A stretch of 33,702 nt of DNA from Acidobacteriota bacterium. Lineage in GTDB: Bacteria > Acidobacteriota > Vicinamibacteria > Vicinamibacterales > JAENWD01. The first letter of the stretch is position 1. Each line of letters opens with the position of its first letter. The stretch lies in NCBI GenBank assembly GCA_046731935.1, contig JBKPMA010000256.1:1-33702 (forward strand). Direction: 5' to 3'. Below, piece by piece: positions 24,847 through 33,702 of the stretch. Both the position numbers and the translations under genes were made by a program. The notes under the pieces are model-generated. The model had not been told where the DNA came from and ran no database searches. It was given only the letters and a program-made list of their open reading frames with translations.

Positions 24847-25389
24847 ATGAAGCGCCTGGCAGTTCTCGTACTCGTGCTGGCTTCCGTTTCCGTCAACAGC
24901 GCCGGTGCCCAGACGGCGGCGGCGCCGCCCACGCTGAAGAGCATCCTGCTCGAGCAGCTGCGCACGACGCACAAAGAGAAAGACTGGTTCGTCCCACCGA
25001 GTCTCGCCGTCGATGGCCTGACCGCCGAGCAGGCCAGCTGGAAGGATGGGAGTGGCAATCACTCCATCGGCCAGCTGACCGCGCATCTGGTGTTCTGGAA
25101 TCAACAGACGCTGTCGAAGCTGAAAGGGCAGACGCCGGCGGCGTACAGCGGCAACAATGACGAGACGTTCAACAATTTCGACGCCGCGAAATGGGCAGCG
25201 ACCGTGCAGGCGCTCGATACCGTGATGTCAGAGCTCGAGCACGTCGTGGAAAGCGCTGACGATCAAGCGCTGGCCAAAATGGCGTCCACGATCGCGCACA
25301 TCGGCACGCACAACGCGTATCACACAGGACAGATCCTGTACGTGCGCAAGATGAAGGGCTGGTGGGACCCCGAGAAGGGAGTGAAGTAA
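24847..25389 (+). CDS. DinB-family protein with signal peptide
   Basis: MKRLAVLVLVLASVSVNSAGAQ; GLTAEQASW, SIGQLTAHL, HNAYHTGQI; GGAG RBS. Confidence 0.88.
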   Translation: MKRLAVLVLVLASVSVNSAGAQTAAAPPTLKSILLEQLRTTHKEKDWFVPPSLAVDGLTAEQASWKDGSGNHSIGQLTAHLVFWNQQTLSKLKGQTPAAYSGNNDETFNNFDAAKWAATVQALDTVMSELEHVVESADDQALAKMASTIAHIGTHNAYHTGQILYVRKMKGWWDPEKGVK

Positions 25390-25430
25390 CTCGTCAACCT
25401 CCAACTTCGAACTGCGCCTGTAGTCTCCGG

Positions 25431-28061
25431 CTATTCGTCGCGGAGGATGACCGCGGGATCCACGCGCGCGGCGCGCAGCGCCGGGACGAGTGATGCGAGC
25501 ATCGCCACGAGCGCCAGCAGCGCCGTGACACCGGCGAGCACGGCAGGATCGAACGGATCGACCTTGTAGAGCAGTGCGGACAGCGATCGTGTCAGGACGA
25601 GCGATCCCAGCACGCCGATCGCGATGCCGGCGCCTGCCAGACGCATACCTGACTCGATCGTGGCTCGCACGACCTGCGCACTGCGCGCCCCCAGCGCACG
25701 GCGGATGGCCGTCTCTCGCCGCCGCTGGTTCACGTGATACGCCATGACCCCGTAGATACCGGTGGCAGCCAGCACCAGCGCGAGACCACCGAGCAGTGAG
25801 AACAACAACCCGCGGAATCGTGGCAGGGACGCCGACCGATCCAGCCGTTCGGTCATCGTCGCGACGTCGCGAAGCGGAACGCCCGCATCGAGCGCGCTCG
25901 TTTCACGTCGTATGGGTCCGACGAGCTGCGCCGGATCGCCCGCGGTCTTGACGACGACGAGTACGGATCGGAGCCATCGATTCTGTGCGGACGGCTCGTA
26001 GAAGGTCGGATGGTTTCCACCCCAGATCCCGCTCGTGTACGGGACGTCGGCGACTACGCCGACGATCGTCGTCCACGGTGCCTTGGGATCCCAGTCTCCG
26101 CCTTTCAGCCGCTTGCCGATGGCGCTCTGCCCGCGGAAATGCCGCCGGACGAATGACTGATTCACCAGCGCGACCTGGGGTGCGGTCGCGGTATCGGCGA
26201 GTGAAAAGGAACGTCCCTCGAGCACGGCAATGCCGAGCGTCGCGAAATAGCCCGGACTCACCGCATTCCATTCCGCGACGCCGCCGTGTCCGGCACTGTC
26301 GCCGGTCTCACCCTCGAGGGTGTAGTTGTTGGAGACGTCGAGCATGTTCGGCGGCAGGCCTAGCGCGTACGCGACCGAGCGCACCCCGGGCAACGCGCGC
26401 AGCCGGTCCTCGAGCGTCTCGAAGAACAGGTGCGCCCGCTCGTTGGTGTACGCCGTCTCGGAGATGCCAACACGGAACGACAGGACGCCGTGCGGCGCAA
26501 ATCCCGGATCCTGTGCTTGTAGTCTGAGCGCACTCTTCACGAGCAGCGTCGCGCCGCACACGACCGCGAGCGTGAGGGCCACTTCGGCGATCACGAGAAA
26601 GCGACGGACCCGGCCAAGACGAACGCTTTCTCCTGATGTGCGTCCTCCCTCGCGCACCCACTGACCGAGCTGTGCCCAGGGAAGGCGCGCCAGCGGAAAG
26701 AGACCGGCCGCAAGGCCGGCAGCGATGCCGAGCGCAAGCGCAAACGCGACGACCGGCAGGTCGAACCGAACCTCCGCCATGCGCGGCAGCAGTGCCGGCA
26801 GATTCGCGCGGACGACTTCGAGCGTCGCGACGGCGATCCCCAGGCCGATGGCGCCGCCGATGACTCCCAGGACGACGCCGTCGGTCAGCAGTTGCCGCGC
26901 CAGACGGCCGCGTCCGGCACCGAGCGAAGCGCGAACCGCGAGCTCGCGCGAGCGGACGGCGCCTCGCGCAATGAGGAGGTTTGCGACGTTCGCGACGGCA
27001 ATGCACAACACCAACGCGACCACCCCGAACGTGAGCCAGATCGTTTCGCGCATGTTGCCGACGAGTACGTCCTTTTCCGGTCGCAGTCCATACCGCCATT
27101 CGTTCCTGATGCCATAGCGATCGCGAAGGATGGCAACGACCCTGGTCGTGAGTGCGGCTTCCGCCTGGCGCGACGTGACGCCCGGGCGAAGCCGGGCGAT
27201 TGTGTTTATGAAGAATGGGCCGCGGCGCTTCGGCTCGCCCGGGCGGAGGCCTATCCAGATCGAGCTGCCGTAGCGGCCAGGAATGTCGAAGCCCTCCGGC
27301 ATGACGCCGACCACGGCGCACGGCTCGCCCTCGATGACCAGGCTGCGCCCGACCGCGTCGGGCTTGCGGCCGAAGCGCCGTTGCCACAGTCGGTCGCTGA
27401 TCAGCACTTCACACGCCGTCGTCGCGACCGATAGGCCAGGGCCGACGAGCGGCGCCATCTGGAGCACCCGTGGCAGCTCCGCGGTGATGGTGGCGCCGTC
27501 GACGACTTCCGGTCCGTCATCTCCGCGAAGCGCAAAGCCGGCATCAGGGAACGTGAATCCACCGACGTCGGCGACGCCGGCGCCAGACTCGCGCAGCGCG
27601 AGGAAGTCCGCGGGCGACAAGGACGCCGAGAAGTCGTTCCACCAGATTTCGACCAAGTGCAGCCGGTCGCTGTCCGGATAGGGCAGCGGGCGGAGCAGAA
27701 CGCCGTACACCACGCTGAAGATCGCGGTGGTGCCACCGATGCCGAGACCAAGCGAGAGAACGACCGCGGCGGTGAAGCCCGGCTCGCGGCGCATGCCGCG
27801 GACGGCCGTGCGCACGTCGCTCAGGACATCCGCAAGCAGGCGCCCCGTCCATCCATCTCTGACCGCCTCTTTGGCGCTCTGGTGTCCACCCGTATGCAGC
27901 CGCGCCTCGCGGCGCGCGGCATCGGGCGCTGCGCCAGCGCGGATCCGGCGTTCCACTTCGCGTTCGAAGTGGTCCCGCAGCTCTTCGTCGATTTCAAGCT
28001 CGCTCGCGTGAGGCCGCAGCAGCTCACGGGCGCGCTGGGCCATTCCTTGAATCCACGACAT
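25431..28061 (-). CDS. ADOP-type duplicated MacB/FtsX permease with permease-prefix domain
   Basis: EIDEELRDH...G..PDAARREAR prefix, DVRTAVRGMRREPGF, VLLRPLPY, RAARVDPAVILRDE; GGAGG RBS before ATG 28061. Confidence 0.93.
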   Translation of the reverse strand: MSWIQGMAQRARELLRPHASELEIDEELRDHFEREVERRIRAGAAPDAARREARLHTGGHQSAKEAVRDGWTGRLLADVLSDVRTAVRGMRREPGFTAAVVLSLGLGIGGTTAIFSVVYGVLLRPLPYPDSDRLHLVEIWWNDFSASLSPADFLALRESGAGVADVGGFTFPDAGFALRGDDGPEVVDGATITAELPRVLQMAPLVGPGLSVATTACEVLISDRLWQRRFGRKPDAVGRSLVIEGEPCAVVGVMPEGFDIPGRYGSSIWIGLRPGEPKRRGPFFINTIARLRPGVTSRQAEAALTTRVVAILRDRYGIRNEWRYGLRPEKDVLVGNMRETIWLTFGVVALVLCIAVANVANLLIARGAVRSRELAVRASLGAGRGRLARQLLTDGVVLGVIGGAIGLGIAVATLEVVRANLPALLPRMAEVRFDLPVVAFALALGIAAGLAAGLFPLARLPWAQLGQWVREGGRTSGESVRLGRVRRFLVIAEVALTLAVVCGATLLVKSALRLQAQDPGFAPHGVLSFRVGISETAYTNERAHLFFETLEDRLRALPGVRSVAYALGLPPNMLDVSNNYTLEGETGDSAGHGGVAEWNAVSPGYFATLGIAVLEGRSFSLADTATAPQVALVNQSFVRRHFRGQSAIGKRLKGGDWDPKAPWTTIVGVVADVPYTSGIWGGNHPTFYEPSAQNRWLRSVLVVVKTAGDPAQLVGPIRRETSALDAGVPLRDVATMTERLDRSASLPRFRGLLFSLLGGLALVLAATGIYGVMAYHVNQRRRETAIRRALGARSAQVVRATIESGMRLAGAGIAIGVLGSLVLTRSLSALLYKVDPFDPAVLAGVTALLALVAMLASLVPALRAARVDPAVILRDE

Positions 28062-28078
28062 ACGGCCTCCGCTCGCGC

Positions 28079-28417
28079 TCAGGCGTCGGCGTTCATGATC
28101 CTGCGCACGGCGAGGCTCGCGCGTTCCCACGAGACGCGCTCGGCTTCGAGCTGCCGGCGTCCAGAGGCGGTGAGCCAGTAATACCGCGCGCGCCGTCCGT
28201 TCTCGGTCGTCCGCCATTCGGACTGAATCCAGCCCTGCCGCATCAGGCGATGGAGGGCCGGGTACAGCGTGCCCGTCTGCAGCTGAAACACGTCGCGCGA
28301 CAGCTGCGCGATGCGCTCCCCGATGCCCCAGCCGTGCATGGGCGCCAGATCAAGCGCTTTCAGGATGAGCATGTCGAGCGTGCCTTTGAGGACGTCCTGC
28401 TGCGGGTCATCACTCAT
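28079..28417 (-). CDS. PadR-family regulator, acidobacterial type
   Basis: KGTLDMLILKAL, MHGWGI, GTLYPALHRL, ENGRRARYYWLT. Confidence 0.94.
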   Translation of the reverse strand: MSDDPQQDVLKGTLDMLILKALDLAPMHGWGIGERIAQLSRDVFQLQTGTLYPALHRLMRQGWIQSEWRTTENGRRARYYWLTASGRRQLEAERVSWERASLAVRRIMNADA

Positions 28418-28449
28418 ATTCGAACGGTCTCCCGTATGAGTTCTTCCGT

Positions 28450-28478
28450 AGAATACATACATGAGAGACACGTGTAAA
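28450..28478 (-). promoter_or_regulatory. Sigma-70 promoter of padR2
   Basis: TTTACA-N17-TATTCT. Confidence 0.65.
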
Positions 28479-28521
28479 GCAGGTGTCGCACGCCGCCATG
28501 GACTCGCGCTACGCTGTGGTC

Positions 28522-29616
28522 ATGCCGACCCCGTTCCCGATCGATCCCCCCATCGAGCCCATGCTCGCGGCGCCGGCCAGCGCCATCCCGGAGGCCCAAG
28601 ACCTGCTGTACGAGCCCAAGTGGGATGGGTTCCGAGCGATCGTGTTCCGCGGCGGCCATGAGGTGTACATCCAGAGCCGGGATCTCCGCCCGCTCGACCG
28701 TTATTTCCCCGAGCTCCATGACGCGCTGCTCCAGGGATTGCCGGATGGCTCCGTGCTCGACGGCGAGATCGTCATCGCCACACCGCGTGGCCTCGACTTC
28801 GACGCCCTCCAGCTGCGCCTTCATCCGGCCGCATCGCGCGTCGCCAAGCTCGCGGAGCAGACGCCGTCGTCGTTTGTCGCCTTCGACCTCCTCGCCGGCG
28901 ACGGTCAGGATCTGCGAGAGACGCCGCAAGCGGAGCGCCGCGCCAGGCTCGAGCGGCTTCTGCACGCCGCTGCGCCGCCAATACACCTGACGCCGATGAC
29001 GCGGGATCCCGCGCTGGCCACGGAGTGGCTCGCCCGGTTCGAAGGCGCCGGCCTGGATGGTGTCATCGCCAAGCGTGCGGACGCCGCGTATCAACCCGGC
29101 AAGCGCGCCATGCTCAAGATCAAACACTCGCGTACGGCAGACTGCGTGGTGGCGGGGTTCCGGTGGCACAAGGCCGGACGCGGCGAGCTCATCGGTTCGC
29201 TGCTGCTCGGTCTGTACGACGACAGCGGACGCTTGCACCACGTCGGCGTGACTTCCTCGTTCACGATGGCGCGACGCCGCGCGCTCGCCGAAGAGCTCGC
29301 GCCCTTGCGCGAGCATGCGCTCGAAGCGCACCCCTGGCGTGAGTGGGCGGAGGCTGGCGGCGGCGAAGGCACGCGCATGCCAGGCGGGCAGAGCCGCTGG
29401 AGCGCCGGGAAGGATCTGTCGTGGGAACCGCTTCGCGTTGAACGCGTGTGCGAGGTGAAGTACGACCACATGCAAGGCGACCGGTTCCGCCATGCCGCCG
29501 TCTTCGAGCGGTGGCGCCCCGACAAGCCGCCTCGTGATTGCCGGTACGATCAGCTCGAGGTCACCGCCCCTTACGAGCTCGGGAAGGTTTTCGGTGCCAT
29601 TGGTCGGCGCCCGTGA
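28522..29616 (+). CDS. ligC: ATP-dependent DNA ligase, LigC type
   Basis: PPIEPMLA, EPKWDGFR (KxDG), RYFPE, LDGEIV, AFDLL, GLDGVIAK, KIKHSRTADCVVAG, WRPDK. Confidence 0.92.
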   Translation: MPTPFPIDPPIEPMLAAPASAIPEAQDLLYEPKWDGFRAIVFRGGHEVYIQSRDLRPLDRYFPELHDALLQGLPDGSVLDGEIVIATPRGLDFDALQLRLHPAASRVAKLAEQTPSSFVAFDLLAGDGQDLRETPQAERRARLERLLHAAAPPIHLTPMTRDPALATEWLARFEGAGLDGVIAKRADAAYQPGKRAMLKIKHSRTADCVVAGFRWHKAGRGELIGSLLLGLYDDSGRLHHVGVTSSFTMARRRALAEELAPLREHALEAHPWREWAEAGGGEGTRMPGGQSRWSAGKDLSWEPLRVERVCEVKYDHMQGDRFRHAAVFERWRPDKPPRDCRYDQLEVTAPYELGKVFGAIGRRP

Positions 29617-30874
29617 CGTTCTTCCAGTCCTCCGTCATGTCGTCGTCGGGGTCGAGCGCCTCTTGCGCGGGTCGGAGCTCCGCCGGCACGTGTTGCAGGT
29701 TGATGCGGATGCGCGTCCAGGTTTGAAAGCGGCCCCGCATCGAGTCCACCAGCACGTCGGCCGCTTCGAGATGGCCGGCCGCCTCAGCGTGCCTGGCTTT
29801 CCAGCGATCCAATCCCGCGAGCGCATCGGCCTTCTTCCGCGCGCGTCCGATCTCGATGAGCGGATGAATCGGCGTCCGACGCCGTGAGGGAGCCACGCGC
29901 GGCGCCTCCCCAGGCTGCTTGCGATAGTGCGGCGGCCACGGGGCATCGCCGAGTCCCTCGCCTTCCTGGCGCTCGGAGAGTTCGAGCAGAGAATCGATCG
30001 ATCCGACGTGTTCATCCATCGCGCTGTGCGGATCACCGAGCTTCGCAAATCGCTTCGGCATTGTCGTCAGCGTGAAGTCGCCGGGCTCTGACGCGTCGAC
30101 TTCCTCCCAGGTGAGCGGTGCCGAGACGCGGGCATCCGGCCGCGGCCGGACCGAGTACGCGGCGGCAATCGTCCGATCCTTCGCGTTCTGGTTGTAATCG
30201 AGAAACACGCCGCGGCGCTCCTCTTTCCACCACTTGCTCGTGGCGAGCTCTGGCGCGCGCCGCTCTACCTCACGTGCGAACGCGAGCGCGGCACGGCGTA
30301 CTCTGGCGAAATCCCAGCGCCGCTCGATACGGACGTAAATGTGCATCCCGCGCGAGCCGGACGTCTTCGGCCAGCCGACGAGCCCGAACTCCGCCAGCGT
30401 CGCTCGCACGATCCCGGCCACCGTGCGGATCTGCGGCCACTCCACACCGGGGACGGGATCCAGATCGATGCGCAATTCATCTGGATGATCGAGATCGTCG
30501 TCTTTGACGGGATGCGGATGCAGTTCGAGGCAGGCGAGATTCGCCATCCAGACCAGCGCTGCGGCATCGCGTGGCACGACTTCCTCAGCGGTTCGTCCCG
30601 AGGGGAACTTGAGCGCGACGACGTCGATCCAGTCGGGCCGCGATTCAGGCGCGCGCTTCTGGTAAAAGGATTCCCCGTCGATCCCGTTTGGATATCGTAC
30701 GAGCACGTTCGGCCGGTCGCCCGCGGCGCGCAGCGCGCCTGGCGCGACCGCCAGGTAGTACCGCACGAGATCCAGCTTGGTGTGTCCGGCCTGAGGAAAG
30801 AGGACCTTGGCCGGATTCGACACGGGCACATCACGGCCGGCCACAGAGACGATCTCGGCTTCGACTTTAGCCAT
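29561..30874 (-). CDS. Stand-alone LigD-type primase-polymerase (Prim-PolC-like)
   Basis: SNPAKVLFP, TKLDLVRYY, FYQKR, RIDLDP, KTSGSRGMH, FLDYNQNAKDRT, YSVR. Confidence 0.92.
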   Translation of the reverse strand: MAKVEAEIVSVAGRDVPVSNPAKVLFPQAGHTKLDLVRYYLAVAPGALRAAGDRPNVLVRYPNGIDGESFYQKRAPESRPDWIDVVALKFPSGRTAEEVVPRDAAALVWMANLACLELHPHPVKDDDLDHPDELRIDLDPVPGVEWPQIRTVAGIVRATLAEFGLVGWPKTSGSRGMHIYVRIERRWDFARVRRAALAFAREVERRAPELATSKWWKEERRGVFLDYNQNAKDRTIAAAYSVRPRPDARVSAPLTWEEVDASEPGDFTLTTMPKRFAKLGDPHSAMDEHVGSIDSLLELSERQEGEGLGDAPWPPHYRKQPGEAPRVAPSRRRTPIHPLIEIGRARKKADALAGLDRWKARHAEAAGHLEAADVLVDSMRGRFQTWTRIRINLQHVPAELRPAQEALDPDDDMTEDWKNVTGADQWHRKPSRARKGR

Positions 30875-30880
30875 AAATAC

Positions 30881-30929
30881 AGGCTATAGGCTGCAGGCTA
30901 CAGGCGGCAGGCTGTTGGCTACAGGTCAC
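30881..30929. repeat. Tandem heptamer repeat (AGGCTRY-like x7)
   Basis: AGGCTAT AGGCTGC AGGCTAC AGGCGGC AGGCTGT TGGCTAC AGGTCAC. Confidence 0.8.
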
Positions 30930-30960
30930 CGGGCGACGATGCGCCGTTCAGTCCTGGGGC

Positions 30961-31003
30961 CCTCATGTCCTCGAGCCCCCACGCCCTCGAGCCCTCGAGC
31001 CCT
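30961..31003. repeat. Tandem octamer repeat (CCTCGAGC-like x5)
   Basis: CCTCATGT CCTCGAGC CCCCACGC CCTCGAGC CCTCGAGC CCT. Confidence 0.7.
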
Positions 31004-31010
31004 GGCCGTA

Positions 31011-31808
31011 TCAGATCTTAGTGGCACGCGTCAGCAGGTAGCCTTGCCGCATGACGTTGTCTTCGAGATAGTCGGCGACGAGCGCGTCGTACTCGCGCCG
31101 GAACGTCGCGAGCTTGTCAGGATCACTGGCAGCGAGTGCATCGACGAGCTTTAAGATCGGACCTGCCGTCCGTTCGACCATTCCGCGTACGTGGCCGGCG
31201 CTCAAGGCCGGCACGTGCATGGTGGCCCTGTCGAACACGAGATCGCTGACCGCCGATCCCAGCCGCTCGCGGACCACCTGCGGATCGCCCCACAACACCG
31301 GAGGCGCAACGCCTGGCGGTAGAGGAGGCATGTAGCGCGACACGAGTTGGAACGTGCGCCCCACGAACAGTTCCGGCGGCCACGTCGAGAACGCGATCGT
31401 GCCGCCTGGCTTCAGCACGCGGAGCATTTGCGCAACGGCTACGTCCGGTCGCGGCGCAAACATGTGACCGTACTGGCTGAGGACGACGTCGAACGAGGCG
31501 TCGGGGAAGGGAAGCGCTTCGACATCACCTTCGTGCCACTCGATCTCGACGCCGCAGATTCGTGCGTTCTCTCGCGCACGCTCGAGCAGTTGCGGCGTGA
31601 AGTCGAGGCCGGTCACGGACGCGCCCGCCCGGCTCGCGGTGAGTGCGGCGACACCGGTGCCGCAGCAGACGTCGAGCACGCGGTGCCCGGCACGAACGCG
31701 TGCGTGACGGATGAGGCGCGCGGCTGGCGGCGTCGTCATCACCTCCAGCGGCACGAAGTGCGCCCAGCCCTGCTTCTGCGCTTCCTTGAATTGTGCGAGT
31801 GCGTCCAT
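31011..31808 (-). CDS. Class I SAM-dependent methyltransferase (UbiE-like)
   Basis: VLDVCCGTG, GLDFTP, GDVEALPFPDASFDVV, RVLKPGG; GGAG RBS before ATG 31808. Confidence 0.92.
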   Translation of the reverse strand: MDALAQFKEAQKQGWAHFVPLEVMTTPPAARLIRHARVRAGHRVLDVCCGTGVAALTASRAGASVTGLDFTPQLLERARENARICGVEIEWHEGDVEALPFPDASFDVVLSQYGHMFAPRPDVAVAQMLRVLKPGGTIAFSTWPPELFVGRTFQLVSRYMPPLPPGVAPPVLWGDPQVVRERLGSAVSDLVFDRATMHVPALSAGHVRGMVERTAGPILKLVDALAASDPDKLATFRREYDALVADYLEDNVMRQGYLLTRATKI

Positions 31809-31858
31809 CAGGATCTCCATATTCGCGGCCGAAAGAGGGAGTATCTTACCTGACTGAC

Positions 31859-32332
31859 GTGTCCCGTATCGCGATTGTAGCCGCGTGCCTCGTCGCTCAG
31901 TTGCTTGGCCTGCCGGCCGCTGCGTCTGCGGGTCCTCCGGCAGACTCGCCGTACGAGCGTGAGCTGCAGTTCTGTGTGGACCGGACGAACGAGTACCGCG
32001 CGAGCGTCCATCTCCCGGCGTTGTCGCGATCCGCCGATCTCGAGCGCTACGCCGACGCCGCCGCGCGGCACGACGGCAAGGCCCACAAGCCGCATCAGTA
32101 CTTCAGGAAGACGCGCGGCGGCGGCATCGCACTCGCGGAGAATGCGATTCCGTGGTGGTCGTTGAGCGATGTAGGCAGCGTGCAGGATGTGGTCGATCGG
32201 GGGCTGGCCATGATGTGGGCCGAGGGCAAGGGCGGCGGGCACTACCGCAACATGACCGGCCACTATCGCATGGTTGGATGCGGTGTGTTCGTGAACGGTG
32301 ACGAAGTGACGGTGGTTCAGGCGATGCGGTGA
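31859..32332 (+). CDS. Secreted CAP/SCP-domain protein
   Basis: Signal peptide, TNEYRASVHLPAL, AENA, GHYRNM, VGCG; GTG start inferred. Confidence 0.85.
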   Translation: MSRIAIVAACLVAQLLGLPAAASAGPPADSPYERELQFCVDRTNEYRASVHLPALSRSADLERYADAAARHDGKAHKPHQYFRKTRGGGIALAENAIPWWSLSDVGSVQDVVDRGLAMMWAEGKGGGHYRNMTGHYRMVGCGVFVNGDEVTVVQAMR

Positions 32333-32348
32333 GCGGGCATCGTTCCGC

Positions 32349-32705
32349 TCAATGGGTCCGCACAGACGACGGCATACCACGCAGGACCCGACGAATCATT
32401 TCTTCGAGATCCGATTGCGCTCGGGCGAACGGTCCCGCACTGGCCGCGCCCAGCTGAATTTCGACGGTGACCAGCTGGCCCGCACCTTCGAACGGACTCA
32501 CGATCCAGCTGAAGCCCCGGAGCGCGATGGGCCGATCGGGGTCAGCCGACGGATTCTTTGCGCGATCGATGGCCCGGAGGAGCTCTTCGAGCAGGCGGCG
32601 CATCTCCTCGTCCGTCCACGCCGCAGGGTCCGGCAGTCCGAGGTCCACGGTGTCCGTGACGGCGTGGTCGTTCCCGCGAAGCCAGACTTCGATCTCGAGA
32701 GGCAT
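32349..32705 (-). CDS. Hypothetical protein (118 aa)
   Basis: MPLEIEVWLRG...IALRGFSWIVSPFEG; extended -10 TGcTACACT 5 nt before ATG; fills the gap. Confidence 0.7.
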   Translation of the reverse strand: MPLEIEVWLRGNDHAVTDTVDLGLPDPAAWTDEEMRRLLEELLRAIDRAKNPSADPDRPIALRGFSWIVSPFEGAGQLVTVEIQLGAASAGPFARAQSDLEEMIRRVLRGMPSSVRTH

Positions 32706-32764
32706 GGGGCAGTGTAGCAGGCCATGGCCGTCGTGATTCAGTGCGATGGTCGCGAGAGCAGGGC

Positions 32765-33664
32765 ATGACGATCGGCTCGAAACCCCAGGCGGAAATCGCG
32801 ATCGACGAATCGCTGGCGCGGGCGCTCCTCCAGGAGCAGCACGAGGACCTCGCGCATCTGCCGCTCGTGGATGCCGGCGAGGGTTGGGACAACCGGCTGT
32901 TTCGCCTGGGCCGCGATCTCGTCGTGCGCCTCCCTCGCCGCGCCATCGCCGCTGCCCTGATCGAACGCGAACTGCAGTGGCTCCCGCGCTTGTCGCCACG
33001 ATTGCCATTGCCTGTTCCCGTGCCGCTCCGCTCCGGACGGCCCGGTGGGGCGTTCCCCTGGTCGTGGTCCATCACGCCGTGGTTCCCTGGTGACACTGCG
33101 CTGCTTGCGCCACCGAAGGACCTTCCCCCCGCAGCCGTTGTCCTGGGACAGTTCCTTCGCGCCCTCCACCATCCTGCTCCAGAGGATGCTCCATTCAATC
33201 CGTGGCGGAGTGTGCCGCTCACGGCTCGCTCGGCTGTCTTCATGAAACACCTCGGACAGACCGATGGCCTCGTTGACCGGGCGCGCGCGCTCGATCTCTG
33301 GGAGCGGGCGTGTGCAGTCCGTCCATGGGAGGGACCGCCGCTGTGGATTCACGGGGACCTTCACCTCGGCAATCTGCTCGTCCAGGATGGCGTGCTGTCG
33401 GCCGTCATCGATTTCGGCGACCTGGCGGCCGGCGATCCGGCGATTGACCTGTCGGTCATGTGGATGCTGCTGCCAGCGTCGCTGCGAGCCTCTTTCGTTG
33501 AGTCGGCGCGTGGGGAGTCCGATCCGATCGATACGCACACGTTGATGCGCTCGCGTGGATGGGCGCTGGCGCTCGGGCTCGCCTATCTCGCGGACTCACG
33601 TGGCGACGAGACGATGGGCACGCTGGGTCTGGCCACAATCAATGCGGCGCTCAGTGACGAATGA
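32765..33664 (+). CDS. Aminoglycoside phosphotransferase (APH/choline kinase) family protein
   Basis: GWDNRLFRLG, VVRLPR, WIHGDLHLGNLL (Brenner motif), VIDFGD, DPAIDL. Confidence 0.92.
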   Translation: MTIGSKPQAEIAIDESLARALLQEQHEDLAHLPLVDAGEGWDNRLFRLGRDLVVRLPRRAIAAALIERELQWLPRLSPRLPLPVPVPLRSGRPGGAFPWSWSITPWFPGDTALLAPPKDLPPAAVVLGQFLRALHHPAPEDAPFNPWRSVPLTARSAVFMKHLGQTDGLVDRARALDLWERACAVRPWEGPPLWIHGDLHLGNLLVQDGVLSAVIDFGDLAAGDPAIDLSVMWMLLPASLRASFVESARGESDPIDTHTLMRSRGWALALGLAYLADSRGDETMGTLGLATINAALSDE

Positions 33665-33702
33665 TTCAGGCCGGCGGCTCGACGAACGCTATCCCGTTGC
33701 CG

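Noticed and set aside
25394-25414. Weak heptamer repeat or terminator after dinB
   Set aside because: Only three degenerate units and no stable hairpin
32765-33664. Bona fide aminoglycoside resistance gene
   Set aside because: Generic APH/choline-kinase family motifs only; substrate not inferable and no mobile context
1-33702. In-frame UGA selenoproteins in the window
   Set aside because: ErpA, FdhE and fumarase keep Cys at conserved sites; TGA stops fall at expected protein ends; checked by eye only

Overview
High-GC chromosomal window with dense, mostly intact genes and no integrase, transposase, phage genes or CRISPR. Two PadR + duplicated orphan permease (ADOP-type) pairs suggest Acidobacteriota, probably Vicinamibacteria (inference). 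Left part: cofactor and central metabolism (moaD, moaE, thiD, bioY, aspA, class I fumarase, fdhE), then an erpA/iscA - Fur::ferritin-like fusion - PHP - degenerate ABC ATPase cluster. Middle: two cold-shock genes flanking an AI-2E transporter and tRNA-Sec (selC), an uncalled 47-aa acidic ORF, a MocA-like NTP transferase, a GT-C glycosyltransferase, a five-repeat polyglycine-hydrolase-like serine hydrolase and a TonB-dependent siderophore receptor with two operator palindromes. Right: ADOP/PadR pairs, MaoC, a secreted three-repeat Cys-pair mini-protein, a signal-peptide DinB, LigC/Prim-PolC, a methyltransferase, a CAP protein and an APH-family kinase. Best novelty candidates: the Fur::diiron fusion and its cluster, the acidic microprotein next to the cold-shock gene, and the secreted repeat protein. 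All family calls come from motif recognition by eye, not database searches.
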